NCBI GenBank assembly: GCA_963760795.1
Contig: CAVXEP010000030.1
Span: 178,819 to 242,818 of the forward strand
Length of the DNA: 64,000 bases
Direction: 5' to 3'
From: an uncultured delta proteobacterium
GTDB lineage: Bacteria > Desulfobacterota > Binatia > UBA9968
The notes under the pieces are model-generated. The model did no database searches and was not told the origin of the DNA. It saw only the letters and a program-made list of their open reading frames with translations. The translations under genes were made by a program, and so were the position numbers. Positions 34,680 through 44,521 of the stretch are shown here, in pieces; position 1 is the stretch's first letter, and each line of letters opens with the position of its first letter.

Positions 34680-36731
34680 GTGATTAAAACAGCTTTCATT
34701 CTTATTGGATTTGTTTTACCAGTCGCGTGCATTGTCCACGCTAGCTTGGGATTCGCTCAAGGCTCAACCAATGACCCCATTGAAGAGTATGTTTGGGGTC
34801 AGCAACCAACATCTGCCGCGACAGAACAAACACGAACGGCAAAAGACCTCGAGCTTCGTCCGACCAATACACCGAGCGACGTCATGCGATTAGTGCCGGG
34901 ACTGATCATCGGCCAGCATCATGGCGGCGGCAAAGCCGATCAGATCCTCTTCCGCGGCTTCGATTCGGACCACGGAACGGACTTCGCGGTCTTCATTGAC
35001 GGTATACCGGTAAACATGGTCAGCCATGCCCACGGCCAGGGATACGCCGATCTCCACTGGCTTGATCCCGGAAACCGATCGATAAGGTGGAGATTTATAA
35101 AGGCTCATACTTCGCCCAGCTAGGAGATTTCGCTACCTCTGGCGCGATGAACATCATCACCAAGAAAACGCGACAAAGACAGCACTCTCACTTTGACCGG
35201 CGGCAGTTATAACACCCAACGCTATGTCGGGATTCTCTCGCCGCCCGAGGGAACATTATTCAGACCCTATATCGCCGGGGAAATTTATTACAACGACGGT
35301 CCTTTCAAAAATCCCAATAACTACATTCGCTACAACATCTTGACTAGGTTCAATCTCTTTTCGACCGCAAATTCGAATCTAAATCTTCTGGGGACCTTCT
35401 TCAAAACTGCATGGGACGCATCCGGAGAGATTCCGTCAAGACAGGTTCGGAGTGGTGAGATCGGCCGTTTCGGTTCCAACGATCCGAGCGAAGGCGGAAA
35501 ATCAGAACGGCAGAATCTGAGTTTCATTTATAACTACACCGATGCCAATCAAACCTTTACCGCCCAAACCTGGGCCTCTTGGTACAAGTTGCAACTGTGG
35601 TCGAATTTCAGCTTGTTTCTCAACAACCCTGTCAACGGCGACGGCATCGAACAGAACGACAAACGATTCCTGGCCGGCAACAATATTACCTACCGGCGCA
35701 GCTATTCCCTGTGGGGGCTGCCGACTGAAACTCTATTGGGCTTTCAGAGCCGCTTTGACCACATACGGGTCGGCTTGTTCAATGAGGAAGACCGCCAGCG
35801 TCTGAGCACCACCAACGATAACGGTATTCAGCAAACCAACCTCGGCTGGTTCGCGCACCAAGAAGTTAGACTGACTGAATGGTTTCGGGCTCAACTAGGC
35901 GCGCGCCTGGACAACTTCTGGTTCAATGTAAAGCAAGACGGGCCAGCCACCGAGCCGATTTCCGGCGCGGCGTCCAAGTCGATGATCAATCCCAAACTGA
36001 ACTTGATTTTCACGCCATTCACCGACAATGACGTTGCCAGGCAAACCAACTTGTTCGTTAACATGGGCGGCGGCTTTCACAGCAACGACTCGCGCGTCGT
36101 CGTTCAGGATCCAGCCAAAGCGCTCGCGCGTTACTGGTCCGGAGAGCTCGGGGTGCGGACCAAGCTTTTGAACAAAGTGGATTTCAGCGCGTCCTTGTGG
36201 AATTCCTACCTGTCCAGCGAACTGGTATTCGTCGGTGACGAGGGAACATTCGAGCCCAGCGGGGCAAGTAGACGTCACGGCATAGAAAGCGAGGTTCGTT
36301 ACGATATCCTGCCCTGGTTGTCCTTCGATTCGGATATTTCCTACACCTGGGCAAAGTTCGTCAATGGCGAAAAGGTTCCGCTGGCGCCGCGTTTTCTTGC
36401 CTATAGCGGACTCACGGCGCGCCACGACTCCGGCCTCCAGGCGAGATTGCAGATGCGCCACATTGGCCGCCGTTACGGCATCGAAGACGGCAGTGTCCTG
36501 ACGCCGACCGCGACGGTTTTCGATCTCTTTCTAAAATATATTTGGAAACGGTATGAATTTTTTGTCCAGGTTCAAAACCTGGCCAATACCAAATGGCGTT
36601 CGGCCGAGCATGTTTTCGAGTCTCGCACGCCCAACGAACTGGCGGCAGGACAGCCCGGGCAGGTTGGCGCGCATTTCACGCCCGGCGATCCGTTCAATGT
36701 AAAGGCCGGTATTACGATTCACCTTTGGTAA
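34680..36731 (+). CDS. TonB-dependent receptor, interrupted by three apparent +1 insertions at ~35062, ~35077 and ~35167
   Basis: Plug motif QHHGGGKADQ...RGFDSDHGTD...SHAHGQGYAD. Removing three extra bases restores LIPETIDKVEIYKGSYFAQLGDFATSGAMNI. Barrel ends GITIHLW. Confidence 0.88.
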
Positions 36732-36744
36732 ACGGAGGTTGGTC

Positions 36745-36920
36745 ATGAAATATCGTAGAACCTCGAACACGATCGCGCTCGGCTTATTTTTCAGGACTGG
36801 CGGGGTTCAATAGCAGCTCAGCGCTCACGAGTTCATTATCAGGCCCGCCCAGCTGCAAGTCGAAAGCGGCATCAAGCTGCCATTCAGATTCAAGGCGACG
36901 CTAGTTTTCTCGGTAAATTG
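36745..36920 (+). pseudogene. Remnant of an exported DUF4198-like gene
   Basis: GGAGG-ATG, broken signal peptide, then SAHEFIIRPAQLQVESG, resembling DUF4198 N-termini. Truncated before the MFS gene. Confidence 0.45.
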
Positions 36921-36938
36921 AGATAAGAAAAACAGATC

Positions 36939-38199
36939 ATGGAAAATGCTCCGGAAGAAACCACCACCGAACCCACAGGCAAGACCGCGATCTTCTCGAT
37001 TGTCTGTGGCGCCCATTTTTTGAATCATTTTCAGTCGTCGATGCTGGGCGTGCTCTATCCGCTGATGATGCGCGATCTCGGCATCGGTTTTGTCGCCATC
37101 GGTGCGATTACCGCGGTTTACGGCTTTGTCGGCAATTTTCTCCAGGCCTTTTACGGATTCATCGTGCCTTACGTGCGCCGCGGCGTGATCTTAGGCGTCG
37201 GCAACATTTTGCTTGGCATCTCGGTCGTCGCCACCGGCTTCGCCTCCAGCTACCCCTTTATTATGTTCACGCGGGTGCTCGGCGGCGTCGGCACCAGCCC
37301 GCAGCATCCGGTGGGCTCGACGGCGCTGGCGTCCTACTTTGGCAAAGCGCGCGGCCGCGCCCTGGCGTTTCACTCGACGGCGGCCAATCTCGGCAGTCTG
37401 GTCGCACCGATCGTCGCCGCGGTGCTGGTGGCTCATATAGGTTGGCGCGCGATCTTTTGGATCGTCGGTATTCCCAGCATACTCATGGGCTTCGCCTGTC
37501 TGGCTCTGCGCGACACGATTCAAGCTCAACCCGGCGCAAATCCAAAAATCGAAGCTGGCGCCCATGGGTTGGGACGCTTACAAGCGCTGTCTCAAGAACA
37601 AAAACATCCTGCTGATCTCGTTGGTCTTGATGGTCGGCGGCGCTGGCCTCGGCCATGGCATCAACGAAACCTACATCGTGCCCCATTTCATCAATGACCT
37701 GAAAGTCGACATGGCCTATGCCGCCTTTCTGTTCACGCTGATTCAGGTCGGCGGTTTGCTCGGGCCCATGGCCTGGGGCTGGATCTCCGACCGCTTTCAT
37801 CGCACCCGCACGCTGCAAGTATCACTGCTGCTTTCGGCGGGCTCGACGGTCTGGCTTAGCCTGCAAGATCATGTATCCATCGGCTTGTTCGCTAACTTGA
37901 TTCTCTATGGCGCGGTGGTCACTTCGCGCCAAACGTTGACTCAAGCACTGCTCACCGACGTCGCCGATGAAGACATTCTCGACGCCGCTTTCAGTCTCTA
38001 CTATTGCATCGGTTTCATCATGTCGCCGTTTTGGACGGTTCTGGCCGGCTGGCTGATGAGCACTTCGGGATTTCAAACCACCTTTGGCGTTATCTCTTGT
38101 TCCTATTTTCTGGGCATGACGTTGCTCCTCTTCTTCCGCGAACCGGTGAAGAAGTTAAGCCCGCTGAGGGCCGGAGCCGGCGCGTTCGTAAAGCGATAA
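36939..38199 (+). CDS. MFS transporter (apparent +1 frameshift at ~37545)
   Basis: AHFLNH, QHPVGS, RGRALAFH in the N-half; GWISDRF in the C-half in the next frame. Confidence 0.85.
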
Positions 38200-38221
38200 T
38201 TCTTACAGGAGAGGCCTGTCA

Positions 38222-38503
38222 ATGTTTGACTTCATCGATATCGTCATGAAAGGCGGCCCGTTAATGGCGCCGCTGCTGCTATATTCGGTCATCGCATTGA
38301 CAGTTGTCCAGGATGTCGCGCACCAGATTGGCGAAGTCTTGGAGCCTCGGCTGACGAAGACCCCGGACCTGTTGGGACTAGTCAACATCGACGAGCAAGT
38401 CGGGCATGCTCTAGTCGTCGAAGTCTTGGATCAAGCCCGGCAAGCCGGCGGCGCTAAGATGGCCGCCGCAGTAAAGCCCAAGGAAAGCCGCAGTGAGAAA
38501 TGA
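38222..38503 (+). pseudogene. In-frame exbB'-'exbD deletion fusion
   Basis: MFDFIDIVMKGGPLMAPLLLYSVIALTVV resembles the ExbB/TolQ N-terminus. LVNIDEQVGHALVVEVLDQARQAGGAKMA resembles the ExbD C-terminus. Directly upstream of tonB. Confidence 0.7.
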
Positions 38504-39317
38504 CACGCTCGGCGTTCCTTTCCTCGCCTCTTTGTTTGTCCATCTCCTGGTGATTGTCCTCGGTCCCGTCATCGTCCAGCACGCCACCGAACCGCGCCGG
38601 GATTTAATCTCCGTCGATTTGATCGACACGTCTCAACGGGAATCTTCACTGCCGCCGCCAAAAGCCGCAGCAAGAACCGAGACCAAAAAGCCCTCCCCGC
38701 CCCCTCCGCCAAAAACAGGGAAACCCAAGTCGCCTCCTGCCTTAGCGAAAGCTCCGATGGTAAATCCGGAAGCGCTGCTGCCAATCAGTAAAGAAGAGCC
38801 GGCGAAAGTGATCGCAGCAAAACCGATTGCTCCGGCAAAAGTCGAGTCCTCTCCAAGCTATGCTTCTGGAGCCCGCAGCGAAGGTGGCGGCAGCGAAGCC
38901 GGTGCAGGAGCCTTATTCGGCAAAGGCGATGTCGGCGTAGTGCCCGGACCGGGAACTGCCGGCGGCGGCGGTGGCACGGCGGCATCCGGTTTAGGTCGTG
39001 GTTCGGGCGCACCGGGTCTGCCCGTGCAGCAGACGATTCTCAGAACCAACCGCGAAGCCAAACCGCTCCAGACCGTGCGTGCGACCTATCCAGCGATGGC
39101 GCTGCGCGCGGGGCTGGAAGCGGACGTCACGCTCAAAATCGAAGTCGACCCCCAGGGCAATGTCACCAGGGCGGAAATCTTCAAAGGCGGCGGTGCCGGC
39201 TTCGATGAAGAAGCGCTCAAAGCGGTGAAGCAATCGCGCTTCGAGCCGGCGCAAAGAGACGGACAGAATGTTCCCGCGGAGTTTACTTATATTTATAAGT
39301 TCCGCTTGCATAGGTAA
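38493..39317 (+). CDS. tonB: Energy transducer TonB
   Basis: SLFVH TM motif, Pro-rich linker, C-terminal YPAMALRAGLEADV...FDEEALKAVKQSRFEPA. Confidence 0.88.
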   Translation: MRNDTLGVPFLASLFVHLLVIVLGPVIVQHATEPRRDLISVDLIDTSQRESSLPPPKAAARTETKKPSPPPPPKTGKPKSPPALAKAPMVNPEALLPISKEEPAKVIAAKPIAPAKVESSPSYASGARSEGGGSEAGAGALFGKGDVGVVPGPGTAGGGGGTAASGLGRGSGAPGLPVQQTILRTNREAKPLQTVRATYPAMALRAGLEADVTLKIEVDPQGNVTRAEIFKGGGAGFDEEALKAVKQSRFEPAQRDGQNVPAEFTYIYKFRLHR

Positions 39318-39416
39318 TTGACTATGGCTCATCGACGCAAGCCCTTAGCAACTGCACTGGCACTCAATAGCAGAGTCCCCATACAGTACGCGAACAATCG
39401 AATCAGGAGGTTAACC

Positions 39417-40052
39417 ATGGCCGATTCAACACATTCGTCGGGACATCACCAGCACAGCGACCACGAACATGCGCACGATCACGATCCCCACGATTGGACA
39501 TCGCCGGAGTATGTTTCCAAATGGGCTGAGGGGCAGGATCCAAAGGAAGCCAACCGCGCGCCAGCCTTTAGCCTGCTGGCCGATACCATTCCATTCGATA
39601 AAACCGCCGCGATCAAAATCCTAGACATGGGCGCCGGCTACGGCGCGCTAAGCAAGTATTTGCTCGAACGCTTTCCCAACGCCACGGCCATTTGCCAAGA
39701 CGGCTCGGAAGAAATGGCCAAGCTCGGCCGCGAGCGCATGAAACCTCTCGCCGGCAGATTCGAATATGTTCTGTGTGATTTCGGCAAACACGGCTGGAGC
39801 AAACTGGTCCCCGGGCCCTTCGAAGCCATCGTGTCGTCGATCGCAATCCACAACGTCGGCAGCCGAAGGATTATTCGCGGTATCTACGAGGATGCCTATA
39901 CACTGGTGAAGCCGGGCGGCTGTTTCTTAAACTTTGACCGATCTAATCCTCCCTGGGAAGACCATATGCATTGGCTGCGCGGCGCCGGCTTCAAAGACGT
40001 GTGCAACTTTTGGCATGACGCAAACCGGGCGGTGTTTGGCGGGTTCAAGTAA
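39417..40052 (+). CDS. Class I SAM methyltransferase with His-rich N-terminus
   Basis: AGGAGG RBS; HSSGHHQHSDHEHAHDHDPHD; ILDMGAGYG; SSIAIHN; LVKPGG. Confidence 0.85.
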   Translation: MADSTHSSGHHQHSDHEHAHDHDPHDWTSPEYVSKWAEGQDPKEANRAPAFSLLADTIPFDKTAAIKILDMGAGYGALSKYLLERFPNATAICQDGSEEMAKLGRERMKPLAGRFEYVLCDFGKHGWSKLVPGPFEAIVSSIAIHNVGSRRIIRGIYEDAYTLVKPGGCFLNFDRSNPPWEDHMHWLRGAGFKDVCNFWHDANRAVFGGFK

Positions 40053-40092
40053 CAAGAAAGTTAAGTTCGAGTGCTCGCTCCATCGAACTCGC

Positions 40093-40311
40093 GTGAATCG
40101 AGTCCCCGAAGGAGTTCGCGAGACTTTCTATTTCTTGCAACAAGTCGGCGCATTTTGTATCGGCGCCGGCATGTTTTTAATTTCTTACTTCGAAATTGCT
40201 TCGGCCGCGACCATCGAACTCACCGTCGCTGCGCTTTTCATCGCCGTCGAGCTAGCCCTATTAGCGCGCGGCAAAAAGCCGGCTGATCCACAAGCGCTGA
40301 AAACGGATTAA
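40093..40311 (+). CDS. Small two-TM membrane protein
   Basis: Two hydrophobic stretches. Start uncertain. Confidence 0.45.
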   Translation: MNRVPEGVRETFYFLQQVGAFCIGAGMFLISYFEIASAATIELTVAALFIAVELALLARGKKPADPQALKTD

Positions 40312-40426
40312 GCCCTAATTTAACAACACCGCGAAGACTCTGCTCGAAATGGTGAGCAGTGCCGACCCTTAATCTTTATATCGCCTGTGAATTATGCTGA
40401 AATGATCCGCAAATGAGGAGCGAAGA

Positions 40427-40843
40427 ATGAGTCTACGCAATTTGATTGCGGCAGCCGCAGTGACCACCGCATTGCCGCTCCTCGCCTGGGCGCAACATGA
40501 TCATTCGAAGGGCGATCAGGCACCGGCGAAACCGGCGACCATAAAGGCGACCAAGCCCTCGCTCAAGCCTGCGGAGGGCGCGAGCGTTAAAATTATCTCG
40601 CCGACCAAGGACCAGGTCCTCAAGGGCGACAAAGTCCCAATCGAGTTCAAGCTCACCAAAGGCAAACGCGGCCACCACGCCCACGCTTATGTCGACGGCG
40701 AACTGATGGGCATGTTCGAGAGCGCCAAAGGGACACTGAACGGAGTTAAGCCAGGAACGCATGTGTTGGAATTGCGCGTCGTCGCCGACGACCATAACAC
40801 CGAGCTCGATGCCACCGACAAAGTCACTTTCACCGTCAAATAG
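40427..40843 (+). CDS. Exported Ig-like putative metal-binding protein (GHHAH...MGM motif)
   Basis: Signal peptide, AQHDHS, SVKIISP, GHHAHAYVDGELMGMFE, HVLELRVVADDH. GAGGAG RBS. Confidence 0.8.
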   Translation: MSLRNLIAAAAVTTALPLLAWAQHDHSKGDQAPAKPATIKATKPSLKPAEGASVKIISPTKDQVLKGDKVPIEFKLTKGKRGHHAHAYVDGELMGMFESAKGTLNGVKPGTHVLELRVVADDHNTELDATDKVTFTVK

Positions 40844-41076
40844 ACGCCTGTCACGCCCTGGCGCAAAGTTCAGAAGAAATGAATCCTCACGCAAATTTCA
40901 TTGACTGAAACCCTCAGACCTTGGACCTTTGCGTCCCATAGATGTCTCACGACATGCATGGCGCCGGCCCCTCGGAGATTCTTTGCCGCTGTGCAGTCTA
41001 GCTCCTTTACGGTGAAATCGATCTTGTAGTGGAGCGCAAAGTTGCGTTACAGTGAGGTTGTTTGCGTGTGTAACCC

Positions 41077-41443
41077 ATGATTTCCGCAACCAAGAACTCT
41101 GGCGCTCAGCGATTCTTAGGTTTTTTCATCGCAAGCGCCCTGCTTTTCTTTCTCGCTTACAGCGCGCCGCATCGTGTTCATCATTCTTTCGCGCAGCCGG
41201 CAGAATCTCACGAACACGACAGCAATCCGCGCGAGCACTCGGATCGGCCGGACCCACCGGTTAATGAACCGCCGTGTGTATTTCAATCCGTAGCAGCAGG
41301 TTGCCATCTCAGGTTTATCGCTCAGGTTACTTTCGGCTCGCTCCAAGTCTTAACCGAGACGACCACCGCCCGTCGGTATTCAATCCCGCCTTATCACTCT
41401 CGTCACCACGGCATTTGCGATCCGCGCGCCTCCCCTTGTCTAG
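41077..41443 (+). CDS. His-rich DUF2946-like leader protein 1, RAPP C-terminus after correcting a +1 base at ~41360
   Basis: TM, then YSAPHRVHH, His/acidic linker, PPCVFQS. The +1 frame reads ...LVTTAFAIRAPPLV-TAG(41441-41443). Confidence 0.7.
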
Positions 41444-41546
41444 CTCCCGGTTCAAATTACGAAGCCATGAATTAGCCGTAGCCGAGGTCGCTGAACAGGG
41501 CGACCTTTGGCCGCGGCGAGATTCGCAACTTGGGAGGAAGGGCGCA

Positions 41547-42371
41547 ATGAATAGAAACAGCCGAATCATTTTGTTCGGATCCATCGCTTTAATAGGATTT
41601 CAGCTTAGTCCGCTCGCAGCGCATGATGGCTGGGTGGAAATCGCACCGGCCATCGTCGAGAGAAACCAACCGGCGACAATCGCGTTGATCCAGGGGAATC
41701 ACTCCAACGAACATAAAAGCTACCGCATCGCCGGCAAATGGAACGCCAACTACGTCACCCTGACGGTTGTCGAACCCAAAGGTAAACAAATTTCACTCAC
41801 CGATCGTTTGTTCGATATGGGCGAAGACGAGGAGAAAATCGGCCCCAAAGGACCTAAGGGATTTCATCTCGCGCCGTTCACGCCACAGGAGGATGGGCTG
41901 TTCCAAGCCTACGCGAAGCAAGCGCGCACGGTTCAGCAGGGCGATGGTCCGAAGGTGGTCACCGTTAGAGTCGCCAAGACCGCTTTTGCCGCATTCAAAA
42001 TTCCCACCATCGCCGCGGCTCGAAACCTCAAAGGCTTTGACCGCGCGATCGGCGGCGATGACGTCGTCGAATTCATTCCGGTCAACAATCCGCTGGCAGT
42101 TTACTCGGGCGGATCGATAACATTGGAACTGCGGCAACAAGGCAAACCCATCGGCGGCCAAGTCGTCACCCTGGTGCGCCGCATCGACGGTTTCGCCTCC
42201 GTGCTCGAACGCACCACCGATGACAAAGGTAGAGTCAATTTCCCTGTGGGACCAGCGGATTCTTATCTGGCGCGGGTCAAAATCGATGAAGAAAGCGCCC
42301 GGCCCGATGGCCAGAAGGACAAAGCCAGCTATGAGTCGACCTATGTTTTCCCGGTTTTCAATCGTCCTTAG
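41547..42371 (+). CDS. DUF4198-like exported protein
   Basis: Signal peptide ending LAA-HDGW, GNHSNEH, EFIPVNNP, TTDDKGRV. GGGAGGAAGG RBS. Confidence 0.75.
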   Translation: MNRNSRIILFGSIALIGFQLSPLAAHDGWVEIAPAIVERNQPATIALIQGNHSNEHKSYRIAGKWNANYVTLTVVEPKGKQISLTDRLFDMGEDEEKIGPKGPKGFHLAPFTPQEDGLFQAYAKQARTVQQGDGPKVVTVRVAKTAFAAFKIPTIAAARNLKGFDRAIGGDDVVEFIPVNNPLAVYSGGSITLELRQQGKPIGGQVVTLVRRIDGFASVLERTTDDKGRVNFPVGPADSYLARVKIDEESARPDGQKDKASYESTYVFPVFNRP

Positions 42372-42723
42372 CTTTTTGCTCGGGCTGTTTGTCATCGGCA
42401 CAACCACGCCGTCGGTATGGGCGCATGCCTACCCGGCGGTTTCCTTGCCCAACAACGGCGCGACATTGAAGGAGCCACCGAGCGAAGTGCGCATTCAATT
42501 TACCGAAGCGATTGAAATGGCCTTCAGCGCCGTTACCGTCACAGGACCGAACAAAGAAGTCGTCAGCCAAGGCAAGCTGCGCAAATTAGCCGACGACACC
42601 GTCGCCATCGGCCTAAAGCCGCTGCAGGCCGGAAACTATACTGTGGAATGGCAAGTACTGTCCGTCGACACCCACGTCACTGAAGGCGTACTGCGCTTCA
42701 CGATTGCACCTAGCGGAAAGTGA
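42331..42723 (+). CDS. copC: Copper resistance protein CopC
   Basis: Mature N-terminal His (WA-HAYP), IQFTEAIE, YTVEWQVLSVDTH. Confidence 0.88.
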   Translation: MSRPMFSRFSIVLSFLLGLFVIGTTTPSVWAHAYPAVSLPNNGATLKEPPSEVRIQFTEAIEMAFSAVTVTGPNKEVVSQGKLRKLADDTVAIGLKPLQAGNYTVEWQVLSVDTHVTEGVLRFTIAPSGK

Positions 42724-43973
42724 ATAATGCCGTGGTCGCGTTGGAAGCTGCCATCTCGGCCATCGGTTATATCGCCCAGGCTTTGGTTCTCGGCTTTCTC
42801 GTCACCGCCGGTTATCTGCTGCCGGGAAGCGAACCGGAAGCGCTCCGGCGCACACTGGCAATGCGCGCTTGCCGCTTCCTAATCATCTTTCTTTGCGTCT
42901 CTGTTGGCGCCTTGCTCGTCCAAGGCGCCAAACTACAGCGCGGCGAATTGCCGTCGCTCGAGATCCTGTGGCGTTATCTGACCGCCACCCAAAGCGGTAA
43001 CGTGTGGCTCATCCGTGCAGGCTATGCAGTTGCATTAGCCTTGATCGGATTTGCCATCACTCGCGGCGCGGCACGATTGCACGGCATCCGCTGGCTCGCT
43101 CTCTTGTCGCTGCCGCTGATCGCCAGCCGCAGCTTGACCAGCCACGCCATCGCGGTCAAAACCCAAACCTCCTGGGTCGTTGCTGCGGATGCTGTCCATC
43201 TTATTGCCACCGCATTATGGGCCGGTGGATTGGTCGCTGTCCTGACCATCGTGAGAGCAAGCCGCAACCAAGCTGATCTAAATCCCGTCTGGCTGGCGCA
43301 ATTCATCAATCGCTTTTCGCGCCTCGCCTTGGTTAGTGTTGCGCTGCTATTCTGCGCCGGGCTTTATTTGAGTTGGGTTCATGTCGGCTCATTGACGACG
43401 CTGGTGACCACCGACTCAGGAAAGGTCTTGATCGTCAAGTTAGGCTTGTTTTCCGCCATGCTAGCGCTGGGCGCGGTAAATTTCTTGTCAACCAGGCGTG
43501 CCATCCGGGACATGGCCCACTCGAATCTTAGAAACAATTCGCTAGTCGACAAGGCGACTCAGCGAATCGCCGTTGAAAGCATGCTGGGCCTGGCGATCTT
43601 TGCCACCACCGGATATCTAACGGTGCTCCCTCCGGGAGTGCACGCGCTGCACGCGGCGCGGCGGAACGTTCCGCCGGCGCAGGCAGCGGCGTTGCAGCCG
43701 GCTCAAGGGGCAAGCGTGAAGATCATCGCGCCGGTGAATAATCAGTCCGTCGCCGGCGATCGGGTTGAGCTCCGCTTCAAGCTGACCAAAGGCCAACAAG
43801 GCCACCATGCCCACGCCTACATCGACGGTGAACTGATGGGCATGTTCGAAGGTAATCGCGGCACTTTGAATGGCATCAAGCCAGGCAAACATGTTTTGGA
43901 ATTGCGCGTCGTCGCCGACGATCACCAGACCGAATTGGATGCCAGCGACAAAGTGGTCTTCACAGCGAAATGA
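42720..43973 (+). CDS. copD: CopD-family inner-membrane protein fused to a C-terminal GHHAH...MGM domain
   Basis: SLTSHA, VHLIATALWAGGL, RFSRLA, KLGLF. The last ~90 aa are a paralog of 40427-40843. Confidence 0.85.
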   Translation: MNNAVVALEAAISAIGYIAQALVLGFLVTAGYLLPGSEPEALRRTLAMRACRFLIIFLCVSVGALLVQGAKLQRGELPSLEILWRYLTATQSGNVWLIRAGYAVALALIGFAITRGAARLHGIRWLALLSLPLIASRSLTSHAIAVKTQTSWVVAADAVHLIATALWAGGLVAVLTIVRASRNQADLNPVWLAQFINRFSRLALVSVALLFCAGLYLSWVHVGSLTTLVTTDSGKVLIVKLGLFSAMLALGAVNFLSTRRAIRDMAHSNLRNNSLVDKATQRIAVESMLGLAIFATTGYLTVLPPGVHALHAARRNVPPAQAAALQPAQGASVKIIAPVNNQSVAGDRVELRFKLTKGQQGHHAHAYIDGELMGMFEGNRGTLNGIKPGKHVLELRVVADDHQTELDASDKVVFTAK

Positions 43974-44034
43974 GAATGCCGAACCGCGGCTTGAACTTCG
44001 GTTGCTGACTGACTAGGATCTCCGGCAAAGAGAA

Positions 44035-44430
44035 ATGCAGGCCGCTAACAAAATCGCAGCTCTCACAAGGGCGCTCCATTTCGGCAGCGCTCTAGCGCTT
44101 TTGTTTTTTCTCATCGCCTCAGCGCCACACCGGGTGCACCACTTCTTCGAACAGCAGGCTCGGCACGAAGATTCGCATGTCGGCCACGCCGCCACCCACG
44201 ATCATGGCGGCGAGCAACAGCACGATCATGAGCAAAAACCAGCGCCTGCCTCTCAAGCCAGTGACTGCGTCGTCCTGTCGATGGCGCAGCATAGTCACGC
44301 CGCGCCGGTTCAGCCGTTCGAAATAGCGCTCATCGGTTCCGTCAGCCAGCAACGTCAGGAGCCACAACTGGTAGCCGCGTCGGTCTTTAGCTTGTCACCC
44401 TGTTCGCAACGCGCCCCGCCGCTTGCCTGA
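44035..44430 (+). CDS. His-rich DUF2946-like leader protein 2 with C-terminal RAPP
   Basis: TM, IASAPHRVHH, HEDSHVGHAATHDHGGEQQHDH, SDCVVLSMAQH, ends SPCSQRAPPLA. Confidence 0.8.
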   Translation: MQAANKIAALTRALHFGSALALLFFLIASAPHRVHHFFEQQARHEDSHVGHAATHDHGGEQQHDHEQKPAPASQASDCVVLSMAQHSHAAPVQPFEIALIGSVSQQRQEPQLVAASVFSLSPCSQRAPPLA

Positions 44431-44521
44431 TCCGGCATTTTCCCTTTCTTGCAGAGAAATCTCGGCTACTCATAACGATCGATCGCTCCGCGCACAGCGC
44501 GGCGCGGCGAATTTGCAGGTG

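Noticed and set aside
41044-41076. GTTAC...GTAAC palindrome upstream of leader 1 as a third NikR site
   Set aside because: Half-site orientation and spacing differ from the two N13 sites.
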